This document shows, one piece after another, positions 18,635-29,764 of a stretch of 64,000 bases of DNA (the stretch's first letter is position 1; each line of letters opens with the position of its first letter). Source of the stretch: Promethearchaeota archaeon Loki_b32 (lineage in GTDB: Archaea > Asgardarchaeota > Lokiarchaeia > Sigyniarchaeales > SOKP01); assembly GCA_005223125.1 (NCBI GenBank), contig NJBH01000004.1:64001-128000 (forward strand), given 5' to 3'. The translations under genes were made by a program, and so were the position numbers. The notes under the pieces were generated by a model that had not been told where the DNA came from, ran no database searches, and saw only the letters and a list, made by a program, of their open reading frames with translations.

Positions 18635-19273
18635 TTAATTTTTACTAAGGTTTAAGGTATCAATTCGATGGTTAATTTCATTGACGACATTTTGTAATTT
18701 TTCGATTATTTTTGATAACACTCCCTTTCTTTTTGAAAGGATTTTTAGTTTTTCATCATCTGTTTTTCCAATTAAACTTGTATCTTCAATTAATTCAGGT
18801 CCAAATAAGCTTTCAAAATCATTTGGGATATTCGTATCAGTTATTCCTATAGTTGACATTATCATTGAAAGAAGTGATTTTCGCATGTTTTGTTGTCTTT
18901 CAATAAGTTTTTTCAACGTTTTTTTGCCTTTCTCTGTAATTTCATAAACCTTTCGTTCCCGTTTTCCATCCATTTTAGTTGTAAATTGAATTAATTCTTT
19001 ATCTGTTAATGATGATAGATGCGGGTATAATGAAGAGGCAGTTGGGTTCCATACACCATATGTATCTTCCTTAATTGTCTGCATTAAACTATAACCGTGA
19101 GAGGGGCTTTTTTCTAATGCTAATAATATTAATGTACTAATATGACCTTTCTTCATGGATTGTTCAATAGCATCAGCAATCACATCAATTTTTTCTGAAT
19201 TTTTTACATTTTGGTTGTTATTAGTCGGAGTCATGTGAAAGATACCATAAAAAATAAAATGATCAAATATCAA
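18635..19273 (-). CDS. PadR-family transcriptional regulator (true start probably at MTPTNN)
   Basis: SHGYSLM, SLYPHLSSL, RKVYEITEKGK. Confidence 0.9.
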   Translation of the reverse strand: MIFDHFIFYGIFHMTPTNNNQNVKNSEKIDVIADAIEQSMKKGHISTLILLALEKSPSHGYSLMQTIKEDTYGVWNPTASSLYPHLSSLTDKELIQFTTKMDGKRERKVYEITEKGKKTLKKLIERQQNMRKSLLSMIMSTIGITDTNIPNDFESLFGPELIEDTSLIGKTDDEKLKILSKRKGVLSKIIEKLQNVVNEINHRIDTLNLSKN

Positions 19274-19450
19274 TTATAGATATATCAAAATACATAATAA
19301 ATATTTATTTTCTATAATAATAGAGTTAAAATAAAGTTAAAATTTTGAAGAATTTACTGATCTTGTTTTCTTTTTCTCAATGTTATCCATAAAAAGAATC
19401 CCGATATTTTCAGGCGCAATTTCTCCTGCGGGATAAAACCATAAAATAAA

Positions 19451-19572
19451 TTAAAATAGATCCTTATACTTTTCTTTGATTTTTTTCAGAAGATCTTTTA
19501 TTTTCTTCTCATCCATTTCAGAAAGTTTTTCTCTTATCTTATGAATTTCCTCTAAAGATTTTTCTTCTTTTA
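19451..19572 (-). CDS. Putative ~40-aa partner/antitoxin downstream of the PIN gene; start uncertain
   Basis: Frame KEEKSLEEIHKIREKLSEMDEKKIKDLLKKIKEKYKDLF*, also present in the 3063 copy; no clear ATG. Confidence 0.4.
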
Positions 19573-20082
19573 ATAAACCATTTCCTCTGGAGTACAAATA
19601 ATCACATCCTTTTCTTTTAATTTTTCATTAATAGCTTTTACTTGAAATTTAGTTTTGAATTTAACTATGTGGGTTAAATTCCAACTAACTATTGCATCCA
19701 TTTTATATTTAGTTGCGATAGCAATATGGAGGGCATCATTATAGTATTTTTTTGGAATAATCCCCTCATCTACATAAACTTTTGCTAAGTTTTCTACCTG
19801 TTCTGAACTTTCTAAAGCTCTCATTTTATATTCATTAATAACATTTGATAACAATTCTTTTTTTTGCTCTGTCGCTTGTTCAATTTCCAATAACACAATA
19901 TCAGAAATAAACACTTCATACTCATTTATTACATTAAAAAACTCCTGTGTAATTTTCATTTTCTCTGGGGCATCTTCAGCAAATAGAAAATTTATAACTG
20001 AAGTTTCTAAATATATTTTCATAGTTATCTCTTGCTGTGTTTCAATTATTATATCTTCTATTAAGTTTATATATTCTTCCAT
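19570..20082 (-). CDS. PIN-domain protein (likely start MKIYLETSV)
   Basis: YLETSV, SDIVLLE, DALHIAIA, SWN...HIV, ICTPEE. Confidence 0.88.
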   Translation of the reverse strand: MEEYINLIEDIIIETQQEITMKIYLETSVINFLFAEDAPEKMKITQEFFNVINEYEVFISDIVLLEIEQATEQKKELLSNVINEYKMRALESSEQVENLAKVYVDEGIIPKKYYNDALHIAIATKYKMDAIVSWNLTHIVKFKTKFQVKAINEKLKEKDVIICTPEEMVY

Positions 20083-20320
20083 TCATTCTTTTAATTAAAG
20101 ATCCTATTAATTTAATGAAATAAATTTGAAAAAATTGTATAGATAGAAAAATACGCTCAATAAAAGATTGATATTAACTGCGTCGAATATTATAATTTTA
20201 GATTGTGTAGCAGATTCATATTTTATGGGTAATAATGGTTTTTTCCTGAAAATATATCCTTCCACACTTACTTTTTTTATTAAAGTTAATAAAAAAAAGA
20301 GATATTCAAATTAGATAGAA

Positions 20321-21061
20321 TTACTCAATAGGTCGAAATTCTTCTTTCATAAATAATATCAACGAAAGAGGGATGATCCAGACTAATATAGAGAAGAGTA
20401 ATAGCCATTCTAAGAGCGGGGTACTATCTATTAGATTTATAATAGCTACTGTTAATGGTCCAAGTATTCCATAGATACCAAGAAACTTTGGAATCTTAGT
20501 ATTATATAAAACTATCAACCAACCCATAAAGAATGCGCCAAGGGTAAATCCTCCAAAGGCCAAATATGACATAATACCATGTGGTCCTTGTCCTAGAACA
20601 GATAAATTTTCAAAATCACGATCCGCACTAAAGATTCCTACTCCGATATACCCAAAGTTTCCGATGATACTGAATAAGAAAGCATAACTACTTAAACGAA
20701 AACGCAGTCGTGAGAAATGTTCCCCTGTTGATTGAGTTCTCTTATGAAAAGGAGCGAGTAAATTTTCCATATAAAATGTTAGTGGTATAGTCATAGAGCC
20801 TGCTATGATACAAGCAATATCATATAAAAACGGAACTGGAGTGTGATTAAGTGACCCAAGATCAGAAATCCAGTTACTCCAAATAGTATAACCATCAGGA
20901 TCAAAAATTGCTGCTACGACAACTCCAATTATAAGCAATAAGACATACCCAATCATAACTATAAATGCACAATGTTTCACAATATTGAAATTGGTTACGA
21001 TTTTGTAAAATTTAGCTCTTGCCTTATTTATAGATTGACGTATTGACATAATGAATTTCAT
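20321..21061 (-). CDS. DUF998-like membrane protein
   Basis: YTIWSNWISDLG motif, GVGIF, multiple TM helices. Confidence 0.7.
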   Translation of the reverse strand: MKFIMSIRQSINKARAKFYKIVTNFNIVKHCAFIVMIGYVLLLIIGVVVAAIFDPDGYTIWSNWISDLGSLNHTPVPFLYDIACIIAGSMTIPLTFYMENLLAPFHKRTQSTGEHFSRLRFRLSSYAFLFSIIGNFGYIGVGIFSADRDFENLSVLGQGPHGIMSYLAFGGFTLGAFFMGWLIVLYNTKIPKFLGIYGILGPLTVAIINLIDSTPLLEWLLLFSILVWIIPLSLILFMKEEFRPIE

Positions 21062-21231
21062 ACTTTATTTATTTTAAATATATTGAATGGATAATTTCAT
21101 TACTATAGAAAAAATATAATATTTAGTTTACTAATGTTATATTTGGATAATATTTTTATATTGTTATGATGTAATTTGATAATAATTATAGAATAAATTT
21201 ATAATTTCGAAAATAATTAGAGTCTTATCAA

Positions 21232-22827
21232 ATGCAGAAAATTAAGATTCAGCCGATAGAAATTTACCAAAAGAGCCAAGAATTTGGTTTAAAAACATCA
21301 GCAAATATGTTAACAGAAATAATAGAAACAGCTAAAGATGATAAAATAAGAAAGGACGCAATTAAATATCTCACGATGATATGTATCAACTCAAATGCCT
21401 TAAAAGAGGATTACTATGAAACTTTTGAAAGCCTTCTTATATCAGATGATACAATTGAAATTAAATGTGAGGCCGCCAAAGCATTAGGCAAAATTAAGTA
21501 CGAAAAAGCATTGAAACCATTAAAATGGGTATTGGAACAAGATCCTACCGATTATAATATCAGAATCTCAGCACTAAAAGCCATACATAAAACTCGTTTT
21601 GAGGAACCAGAGATAAGACTTTTTATAGATGAGTTAGATAGTACATATAATTCCATCAAAGATTATGTTTCAATTCAATTATTAAGTTTACCACCCAAAA
21701 AACTTATAGAAATTTTATTAGATTCATTAAAAAATAAAGGTTTTTCAAATATACATAAAGTAGAGTTTATAAAATTAATTGGATATGAGTTATCAAGCAT
21801 TAATGTCTCTTTTGAGGATATTAGTTATATAAAAGTGAAATATCCTGAAATTTTATCTAATTTAATTCAAAATAAAATCATTTTATTAGAAACTATCACC
21901 CAAATTTTAAAACAAGAAGATTCCAGTTTAATGGACTCTATTATTATAATTTTAAAAATATTAGGAAAGGAGATCGAAAAGGATATTACCAAATTATTAT
22001 TAATTGATGATTTTATTGTAAAGAAAAATGCTGTTGTGTTATGTGGAAAATTAAAATTCAATGATGCCGTAGATTTTTTAATTACTAACTTAGATAATAT
22101 TTATAATGAAGTAAGTATAGCTGCAATTGAAGCTTTGGGGGAGATCGGAGATTTATCAGCAGTACCAGAACTATTAGATATCTTAGATATTGAGGATGTG
22201 AGTTTTGAATATACAGACTTGGATATGAAGCTTTATATTTTAGATGCGATAAAAAAAATATATACCAATAATGCTGATGCTTCATTTGACTATCTGTATT
22301 CATCTTTAGCTAGAGATAATAATACTATAAGAGAAAGCGTTGCCTTCATTTTGGGTGAACTAGGGAAGGATAAATCCATTAAACCATTAGTAAAATTATT
22401 AGAAGTGAGGAATATTGATGTAAAGAAAAATACCATTATTGCTTTAGGAAAAATTGGCAATATCCAATCTTTAGAGCATTTACTTAAGATTTTAAGAGAT
22501 GAAAATGCTTATTGGCTTATAAAAAAAGTTATTGTTGACGCTATTTATAATATATATCAAAATAATTGGTATAGAGTCAAAGATGATAAACAAGAGATAG
22601 CAAGATTATTAAATAAAAATTTAGCAATTCTAACAGATCATTTGAGAACTCAAGAAGATGAAAATTATAAGGTAAAACTTAGTTTAATTAAGTTATTAGA
22701 GAATTATGGCGGAGAACAAACCTTAAGTGCTTTAATTAAAAGGGTTAATGATTTCCACAGAGTTGTTCGAATTTATGCCTCAAATGCGATTAAGAAAATT
22801 GAAGAAAGGCTCGAATTAGAAAATTAA
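21232..22827 (+). CDS. HEAT/PBS-lyase repeat protein
   Basis: Repeated AAKALGKI / AIEALGEIG / AFILGELG / IALGKIG units. Confidence 0.9.
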   Translation: MQKIKIQPIEIYQKSQEFGLKTSANMLTEIIETAKDDKIRKDAIKYLTMICINSNALKEDYYETFESLLISDDTIEIKCEAAKALGKIKYEKALKPLKWVLEQDPTDYNIRISALKAIHKTRFEEPEIRLFIDELDSTYNSIKDYVSIQLLSLPPKKLIEILLDSLKNKGFSNIHKVEFIKLIGYELSSINVSFEDISYIKVKYPEILSNLIQNKIILLETITQILKQEDSSLMDSIIIILKILGKEIEKDITKLLLIDDFIVKKNAVVLCGKLKFNDAVDFLITNLDNIYNEVSIAAIEALGEIGDLSAVPELLDILDIEDVSFEYTDLDMKLYILDAIKKIYTNNADASFDYLYSSLARDNNTIRESVAFILGELGKDKSIKPLVKLLEVRNIDVKKNTIIALGKIGNIQSLEHLLKILRDENAYWLIKKVIVDAIYNIYQNNWYRVKDDKQEIARLLNKNLAILTDHLRTQEDENYKVKLSLIKLLENYGGEQTLSALIKRVNDFHRVVRIYASNAIKKIEERLELEN

Positions 22828-23026
22828 TACTGTTTTTACTGACTTTTATAATTATTTGTAACTTACTCTTCCAAAAGTGTCTATTTTTAATCTCTATTTA
22901 TACTAGAAGCAAATACAATACTTCAAAAAGATATCATATTTAAATAGGATTATTGATACATTCATTTAATTTCTCACATAAGTTTACAAGAAATTAAAAT
23001 ATTGAAAATAATCTAAAGGTGATTTT

Positions 23027-23677
23027 ATAATAAAAAAATTTAATAAAAAAATATCGATTTTTGCAATTATTTTGCTTAGCGTAGTCATATTCGTTTCCAG
23101 TTTTCCATTAAATGTAGCAGGTGCTTATTTAGTGAATGCCGGTGACGAATAGACGTATATGACAAAAGAACAAGGCATTTCTCAAGGCACCGAAGGAATA
23201 AAATTAACTTCCGTACCCGCTCCTCCAGATTATCCGCTTGGAACAATGTATATTAACGGTACAGAATCCTCCATCAATCAAACGATAGATGAAGAATATT
23301 TAGTAAATGGGACTCTGATAGCCGCGTTGGAAGCAAATTACACTATAAAAACTAGAAGTTATGGTGGTATATCTTGTAGATGTGTTTATATTACATCAGA
23401 TTTTGGATATTTGTATGTTGATACTGCAACAGGAATTGTAGTAGAGATTTACGCCGTTTACACTCTTTTATTTGTTGAGGAGCAAATTAAGGTTCATACA
23501 TGGGTTATCTCGTGGTCAATTACAGACATTCCAGAAGATCCAAAAGAACCCTCTACTGGTGGTGGTGATGAAATTCCAGGATATGATATTTTATTCATTA
23601 TCGGAATAATAGCTGTTATTTCAACTGTATTAACAATAGGATTTAAAAAAAAGTTTAAAACTCAAAAAATTAGATAA
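23027..23677 (+). pseudogene. Surface protein with signal peptide and Loki-CTERM-like anchor, interrupted by in-frame TAG (23150-23152)
   Basis: Upstream in-frame signal peptide IKKFNKKISIFAIILLSVVIFVSSFPLNVAGA, then GDE*TY; C-terminal IPGYDILFIIGII...KKK. Confidence 0.6.
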
Positions 23678-23864
23678 CGATCTTACCGATTAAGGTACAA
23701 TTAGATTTAATGGGGGATTTTTAATTCCTTCCTTTTTTTTGACTAAAATTTCAAAAAACAGATTTCGTTATCTTTTAATTAATAATCTTTTTTTTACAAA
23801 ACCTATTTTATTTACTTGAACTTTCAAATATTTAATAATCAATTTAGAGTTTCAATACAAAATC

Positions 23865-25358
23865 ATGACCGAAGAGAAAACTGATCAAACAGAAACTCCA
23901 TATGAATACTCTTTTGAATACATTCAGAAAAAGCTTCAAGGCTCGAAAGATTCGTTCGGCATGCTGATGAAAGAGATCGTACGTACAGGAATATGTACTG
24001 AGTGCGGAACATGTGCAGCAGTTTGTGCTGTTCTAGAATGGGATGATCTGGTAGGACAACCAAAATTAATAGGAAAATGCACAGGGTGTGGTATTTGTTA
24101 TAATCAATGTCCAAGAACTATAACAGATCCTTATCAACTCATGGGAGAGTTTAAAACGGGATATGTAGCAAATACGAACATCCCAGAAGTAATTGGAGGT
24201 CAGGATGGTGGAACTGTAACAAGTCTACTCTGTTATTTATTTGATGAGCATTTAATAGATGCTGCTGTAGTCACAATGCGAGATCCCAATAAACCATGGC
24301 ATCCAGTAGCTCAAATTATAACAAGTAAAGATGATGCTATTAAATCTTCAGGTTCTATTTATTGTCATTCTCAAACTGTTGAGGCATTAATGGACGCTGT
24401 TAGGGAGGATTTCAGATCAATTGCATTCGTGGGTACTCCATGTAATATAGATGCTGTTTCTAAAATGTTCGACAGCCCTACTGGAATGTTAAAGTATTTC
24501 ATGCGATGTCATGTCTTAAAGATTGGATTATTTTGTATGGATTCATTTGCTCCGGAAGCGATATATCCATTTTTCGAGAAAGAAGGGATTGATTTATCAA
24601 AAGTACAAAAGATGGACATAAACAAAGGGAAATTTCACATTTTTTATGATCCACAAGGAGAACCTGTTAAATCATATACGATTAAGCAATTAGATAAGTT
24701 TAAATCCTCAAGTTGTAGTTTTTGTACAGACCTAGGTGCTGAAAATGCAGATATTTCTGTTGGCTCAGTTGGAAGTGGGGCAAATAAGAATACGGTCTTT
24801 GCTAGAACTGGTATTGGGGCCGAAATTATGGAAGATGCTGCTGAAAAAGGATATCTTAAAATCGAACCATTTAATGCTATTAATTTAAATGCTGTCTTGT
24901 TCTTAGCAAAACTTAAAAAAGTATCCCAATATACTGTACGGAAACGGAAAGTATTTATTGTTAGAGATGCTGCTGTTAAAGAAGAAAAAGCAAGAATAGA
25001 AACAAAACCAGAAGTAGAACAAGTAGATGTAAAACCTCCTCTAGGTACAAGAAAATTCCTCAGGGTTTCAAAAGATTTAAATGAAGAAAACAGAATTCTG
25101 AACGTTTCATTGACAAATACCATAGGTTATGTTTTAGAGGATATGAAAATAAGAATTGTAACTGTTGAAGAACTTTTTGAAAAAAAACCTTGGATAACAA
25201 CTATCACGGAATTATTTCCTTTTGAAACTATTGAAATAGGGTATCCTTTGGATGGTGAAGCTGGTGAACCTAATAAAGCTAACGTATTAGTTGAAGCTTC
25301 AACAGAAGCGTTTGGAAAAATCTTTTCCAGAACACTAAAAGTAGCACCAAAAGAATAA
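23865..25358 (+). CDS. FrhB-family protein with ferredoxin domain and C-terminal Ig-like extension
   Basis: CTECGTCAAVC, QDGGTVT, VGTPC, GLFCMD, CSFCTDLGAENADISVG. Confidence 0.88.
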   Translation: MTEEKTDQTETPYEYSFEYIQKKLQGSKDSFGMLMKEIVRTGICTECGTCAAVCAVLEWDDLVGQPKLIGKCTGCGICYNQCPRTITDPYQLMGEFKTGYVANTNIPEVIGGQDGGTVTSLLCYLFDEHLIDAAVVTMRDPNKPWHPVAQIITSKDDAIKSSGSIYCHSQTVEALMDAVREDFRSIAFVGTPCNIDAVSKMFDSPTGMLKYFMRCHVLKIGLFCMDSFAPEAIYPFFEKEGIDLSKVQKMDINKGKFHIFYDPQGEPVKSYTIKQLDKFKSSSCSFCTDLGAENADISVGSVGSGANKNTVFARTGIGAEIMEDAAEKGYLKIEPFNAINLNAVLFLAKLKKVSQYTVRKRKVFIVRDAAVKEEKARIETKPEVEQVDVKPPLGTRKFLRVSKDLNEENRILNVSLTNTIGYVLEDMKIRIVTVEELFEKKPWITTITELFPFETIEIGYPLDGEAGEPNKANVLVEASTEAFGKIFSRTLKVAPKE

Positions 25359-25451
25359 CAATCTAAATTATATTTTATTAAAAAAGTTAAAAGAAATGTA
25401 AAATTAAAAAAAAATATTAATAACTGAAAAGCAAAAAAGGTGAAATGTTAG

Positions 25452-26360
25452 TTGAAAATCGCTTTGATCGGATTAAGCGGCTGTGGTAAGACAAGCGTAT
25501 ATTCTGTTGCTTTTGCTGCTAAAAAGCCAGAAGAAACAAAAGGTTTAGCACCAACAATTCTTTATGAAACAAGGAGACACCCATTTTTAGGTTTACAAGT
25601 AGGTATCTTTGATTTCGGTGGACAGGAAGAGTTCCGTAAAGAATACATGGAAAAACCGGAAATTTTTCGAGGAACAGACATTCTTATCCCTATAGTTGAT
25701 TTGCACGATCCAAATTCCTATGAAGAAGCAAAAAAATATTTTATCGACCTATTAGATCTATATCGAAGGAATAATGAAAAACCCAAGATATTCTTATTTC
25801 TCCATAAATGGGACGTTGAGGATTATCAGAAAGAGCTCTTGGATACCAATGTCAAAAATGCAAAAGAAATTTTTTTGGAAATGTTTAAAGATTACGATTT
25901 TGATTACATGCTTACAAGTATTTATGAAGAAGACAAATTAGCAAAAGTTTTCAGAGATATTTTGATTTCTGAGTATGCGGATCTAAAAGCTCATGTAGAA
26001 AAAGCAGAAAAGCAACTTGATGAAATTAAAGCTAAAGTAATTATTGCTGATATTTCTGGAAATGTAATAGTTCATAATGTCCAAGGAGTTAGTAGTGGTT
26101 TAACATTACGAGGAGACTTAAGAGATTTCATCAATGCATGTAATACTGTTAGGGAAAACATCTTTATGTCTGACTCTGCAAAGTTTGGTGGGCGAGACGG
26201 AGATGGTAAGGAAATTGAGTTACATATCTTTAAATACATCATTTCTGTGTTGGTAATGAAGCAGGGAGAACTAAGCAGAGAGTCTCAAGATAAATTGAAC
26301 ATGCTACTTAATGACATGAAGCTTTTTGCAGATTTGATTATATCCGCACATACGGATTAA
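25452..26360 (+). CDS. Rag/Gtr-like small GTPase with C-terminal roadblock-like domain
   Basis: GLSGCGKTS, APT, DFGGQ, HKWD, TSI motifs as in Rag/Gtr GTPases. Confidence 0.8.
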   Translation: MKIALIGLSGCGKTSVYSVAFAAKKPEETKGLAPTILYETRRHPFLGLQVGIFDFGGQEEFRKEYMEKPEIFRGTDILIPIVDLHDPNSYEEAKKYFIDLLDLYRRNNEKPKIFLFLHKWDVEDYQKELLDTNVKNAKEIFLEMFKDYDFDYMLTSIYEEDKLAKVFRDILISEYADLKAHVEKAEKQLDEIKAKVIIADISGNVIVHNVQGVSSGLTLRGDLRDFINACNTVRENIFMSDSAKFGGRDGDGKEIELHIFKYIISVLVMKQGELSRESQDKLNMLLNDMKLFADLIISAHTD

Positions 26361-26497
26361 TCTTTAAAATAATAACAAATATTATTTTCTTCATATCTTT
26401 TTTTCATTTCAAGAATTAATAAAAAAAAACCTTTGCCTATTAATTATGAAATTTTTAGAACAAAGATTTTATTTGATATATCCAATTAATAAATAAA

Positions 26498-27070
26498 ATG
26501 GTAAAAAGGTGTACGTGGGCTTCTAACGATCCACAGATGATAGAATATCATGATAAAGAGTGGAGTACTCCTGTTCATGATGAACAACTTCTTTTTGAAT
26601 TTTTAATATTAGAAGGTGCTCAAGCGGGGTTAAGTTGGAGTACTATTTTACATAAACGTGAGAATTTCCGAAAAGCATTTAATAATTTCGATTATAATAA
26701 GATTTCAAAATACACCGAACAACAAATTGAAGTTCTGATGAATAATAAAGGAATCATAAGAAATAGACGTAAAATCGAAGCTGTGATTGCTAATGCTAAA
26801 GCATTCTTACAGGTACAAAAAGAGTTTGGTTCTTTTGATAAATTTATTTGGAAATTTGTGAATTATAAAACAGTTGATAATAAGTTTAAAGAACTTTCAG
26901 AACTACCCTCTAAAACTGAGCAATCTGAACAAATGAGTAAAGATTTGAAGAAAAGAGGATTTAAATTTATAGGTCCTACAATTTGCTATGCTTTTATGCA
27001 AGCGGTTGGTATGGTAAATGATCACGTACAAGATTGTTTTAGATATGATGAAATCAATAACATTTCTTAA
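26498..27070 (+). CDS. tag: DNA-3-methyladenine glycosylase I
   Basis: RCTW, YHDKEW, LEGAQAGLSW, IIRNRRKI, GMVNDH..C. Confidence 0.95.
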   Translation: MVKRCTWASNDPQMIEYHDKEWSTPVHDEQLLFEFLILEGAQAGLSWSTILHKRENFRKAFNNFDYNKISKYTEQQIEVLMNNKGIIRNRRKIEAVIANAKAFLQVQKEFGSFDKFIWKFVNYKTVDNKFKELSELPSKTEQSEQMSKDLKKRGFKFIGPTICYAFMQAVGMVNDHVQDCFRYDEINNIS

Positions 27071-27410
27071 TACGTTTATCTAGTGCTAATAATATATAAT
27101 TGAATGTATTTATTAAACACAGATATTATTAGCGGGAATAGTGATTATATCTCTACTTAAGAGTTTAAAAATAATAAGGTTAAAAATAAATTATGTCATA
27201 TATAAAAGCCTTATATATTTGATTATAGAATAATTATTATTGCTTTTAGGGATATCATTCATTAAATTTTTATCAAAGAAAAGTATAATAGATTTTGTAT
27301 TTAATCTTAACTTTTATATAATAAATTTTGATGTAAAATTTTGGACAAAGGTTTATTGAGAATTTAATAGTAAAATTTTTATTCTTTTGTAAGAGAATGT
27401 ATGATGAATA

Positions 27411-27584
27411 ATGAGGTGCGAAGGATGCCTTCATCAAGAAAATTTGTACATGTGCTTCTTTACTGATAAAAACAAAGAGGTGTATTTATGTGCCAAATGT
27501 CTTGGTAAGAGGTTATTAGAGGAGCCTCCACCACCAATATATAATATGAGCAAACTTGCTTATACTTGGAAAAAGACTGACTAA
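27411..27584 (+). CDS. Small 57-aa zinc-finger protein (below ORF-track cutoff)
   Basis: MRCEGCLHQENLYMCFFTDKNKEVYLCAKCLGKRLLEEPPPPIYNMSKLAYTWKKTD; two CxxC pairs. Confidence 0.7.
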   Translation: MRCEGCLHQENLYMCFFTDKNKEVYLCAKCLGKRLLEEPPPPIYNMSKLAYTWKKTD

Positions 27585-27589
27585 TTTTT

Positions 27590-28306
27590 TTAAAGTAATT
27601 GTTTTAGATCCTCGAGTGTACCCCGATAATCAGGTTCAGGTATGTCGATCCCTAATTTAGTATTACGGCTATTTATTAGGAAAGTATGGATTCCTAAACG
27701 TTTTGAGACTAAATCCTTATCTTCATCCCCTACCATCAGACATGCTTCTGCAGGATACCCTATCTTACCTAAAATCTGCTCATAATAAAGTAAGTGAGTT
27801 AAGGATTTAGTAGCATGGCTATTTTCGATTGTTGTAATTAAACGATAGGGAAAGTCGGCAACCCCTGCCCATTCCAGGCGTTGTTCTATAGCTGTTGCTG
27901 GAAGGAGAGGTGTTGTAGCTATTACTACATCATAACCTTTATCGAAAACAGATTGAACTACAGACCTTGTTTCAGGTTTTTTTTTAGTATATTGGCGTAG
28001 CGCTGAAAAATCTTGCTCATAGAATTTATCAATAAACGGTTGAATTTCTTCACGAGTATACCCTTCTAAGGGAAAACATATTTCGGTATAAATATCATCA
28101 TTTGTATTTGTTCCATTATTTTCTTCGACAGCTTTCGAAGCCATCATGATTTTGGATATAAACTTCTTAGGTGTAATTATATGAGCCACACTTTGTGCTA
28201 ATAAATTTAAGTATTGTGGAATAAATTTATCTAAATTAACATCTAACAATGTTCCATCTAGATCGAATAGTATAGCTTTGATTTTACCATCAATTTTATC
28301 TTTCAT
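27590..28306 (-). CDS. HAD-superfamily hydrolase
   Basis: FDLDGTL and MVGD motifs. Confidence 0.92.
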   Translation of the reverse strand: MKDKIDGKIKAILFDLDGTLLDVNLDKFIPQYLNLLAQSVAHIITPKKFISKIMMASKAVEENNGTNTNDDIYTEICFPLEGYTREEIQPFIDKFYEQDFSALRQYTKKKPETRSVVQSVFDKGYDVVIATTPLLPATAIEQRLEWAGVADFPYRLITTIENSHATKSLTHLLYYEQILGKIGYPAEACLMVGDEDKDLVSKRLGIHTFLINSRNTKLGIDIPEPDYRGTLEDLKQLL

Positions 28307-28538
28307 TGCACAGATTCATTATGATATTTAATCTTAAATAGTATAATTAAAAGTGATTCAAATTATTTACCTTTTAGATTCTTAATATTGACAAAAAAAT
28401 TGACATTCTTGAACAAAGAATCATCTATTAAAAGAGAGAATGGTTATTTCCATATTTCTTATTTAATAATAAAAAGTTTTTATAAAATTCTATCTTTTTA
28501 TAAAATTAATATAATAAATATCATGATATCTGTTTGGT

Positions 28539-29750
28539 TTGGTAAAGTTAGAGCTAAGCGACTTAAATAATGGAACTGCCTTTATTGGGGATAAGTTTAG
28601 AATTAATGTAAAATTCACGTTTGAGGAAGGGATGGACATTTTTTGGAGTGGAATTAGACTAATCACTAATCCTCCATGTGCCAAAGAACTTCAAGTTTCA
28701 AAAGAAGAAATATTTAGCAAAGGTAATTTTGAAGCAGGAGAATATATTCGTGAGAAATCGCTCTTAATCGCTAGTAATATTGTACCAACAATAAAAAACA
28801 GAAATCTAAATTATATTCTAAAATTGATCTTAAGACAACCAAATCCAATCAACCCAGAAGACGATTTAGTTATTAGTAAAACTCATGATGTTGAGATTAA
28901 AGCGAAAGATTCAGGTCTTCAAGCAAAATCACCTAAACCAATATCATTTTCAATTTCAGGATTAAATATTCTTCTAACAAAAGATATTTATAAACCTGGT
29001 GAAACTATAAAAATCAGTTATAGTTCGGAAGAGTTAAAACAAATAGAAGTTAGATTACTCCAAAATTCAAACCTAGTCTGTTATTGTGAAGCTTATGGCC
29101 AAAATTGTAGTAAAGTTGAGGAATTACCTCCCGCAATAGCAGGAGATGCAAGAACTCAGAATTTTGATAAAGATTTTCTACTATTAAAAGTCCCAGAAGT
29201 AGCTGAACCAACTTGTAATTGGCTATGGTCACCTTCTGAAAAAGAACAATTTGGTTTTAGATATGGTGCATATACAAAGTGGAGCTTACTGGTAATCGGA
29301 AAGAAAAAACCAGAATATGGCTTAGAACCAATAAAGTTTGAAGTTCCTATAACAATCTCATCAGGTCCGATATCCGTAGAAAAAGTTGGAATTGATTTTT
29401 TCTCAGAAGGAAATGCTGGAGCATCATCCTTGTTTGATGGTATTTCAAGATTCCAGAAAACCTATAAAGTACTCTCTATAGATTCTGATATTGATAAATA
29501 TAAATTAAGAATTAAGAATATCTCAAAGGAAGACCTTCAAGGTGTTACAGTAAAAATCACTGGATTGCAAGAAGGGTTATTTGAAACTGCTCCAATCTTA
29601 AAAGGATTTAACACGTGGAAAAAGGGAGAAGAGAAAGAAATTGTCTATGAAACTAAGCAAAATGTTACTGCATTGATTTCTATTTTGGAAGATAATAGCC
29701 AACAAACTATTAGGATACAATCCCCAGTAGCAGAAGCAAGTTTTTTCTAA
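28539..29750 (+). CDS. Arrestin/Vps26-like beta-sandwich protein
   Basis: Beta-rich tandem domains with YKPGETI and KFEVPITI, reminiscent of arrestin N/C domains; fold assigned by eye. Confidence 0.5.
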   Translation: MVKLELSDLNNGTAFIGDKFRINVKFTFEEGMDIFWSGIRLITNPPCAKELQVSKEEIFSKGNFEAGEYIREKSLLIASNIVPTIKNRNLNYILKLILRQPNPINPEDDLVISKTHDVEIKAKDSGLQAKSPKPISFSISGLNILLTKDIYKPGETIKISYSSEELKQIEVRLLQNSNLVCYCEAYGQNCSKVEELPPAIAGDARTQNFDKDFLLLKVPEVAEPTCNWLWSPSEKEQFGFRYGAYTKWSLLVIGKKKPEYGLEPIKFEVPITISSGPISVEKVGIDFFSEGNAGASSLFDGISRFQKTYKVLSIDSDIDKYKLRIKNISKEDLQGVTVKITGLQEGLFETAPILKGFNTWKKGEEKEIVYETKQNVTALISILEDNSQQTIRIQSPVAEASFF

Positions 29751-29764
29751 TTAAGGTTAATATT

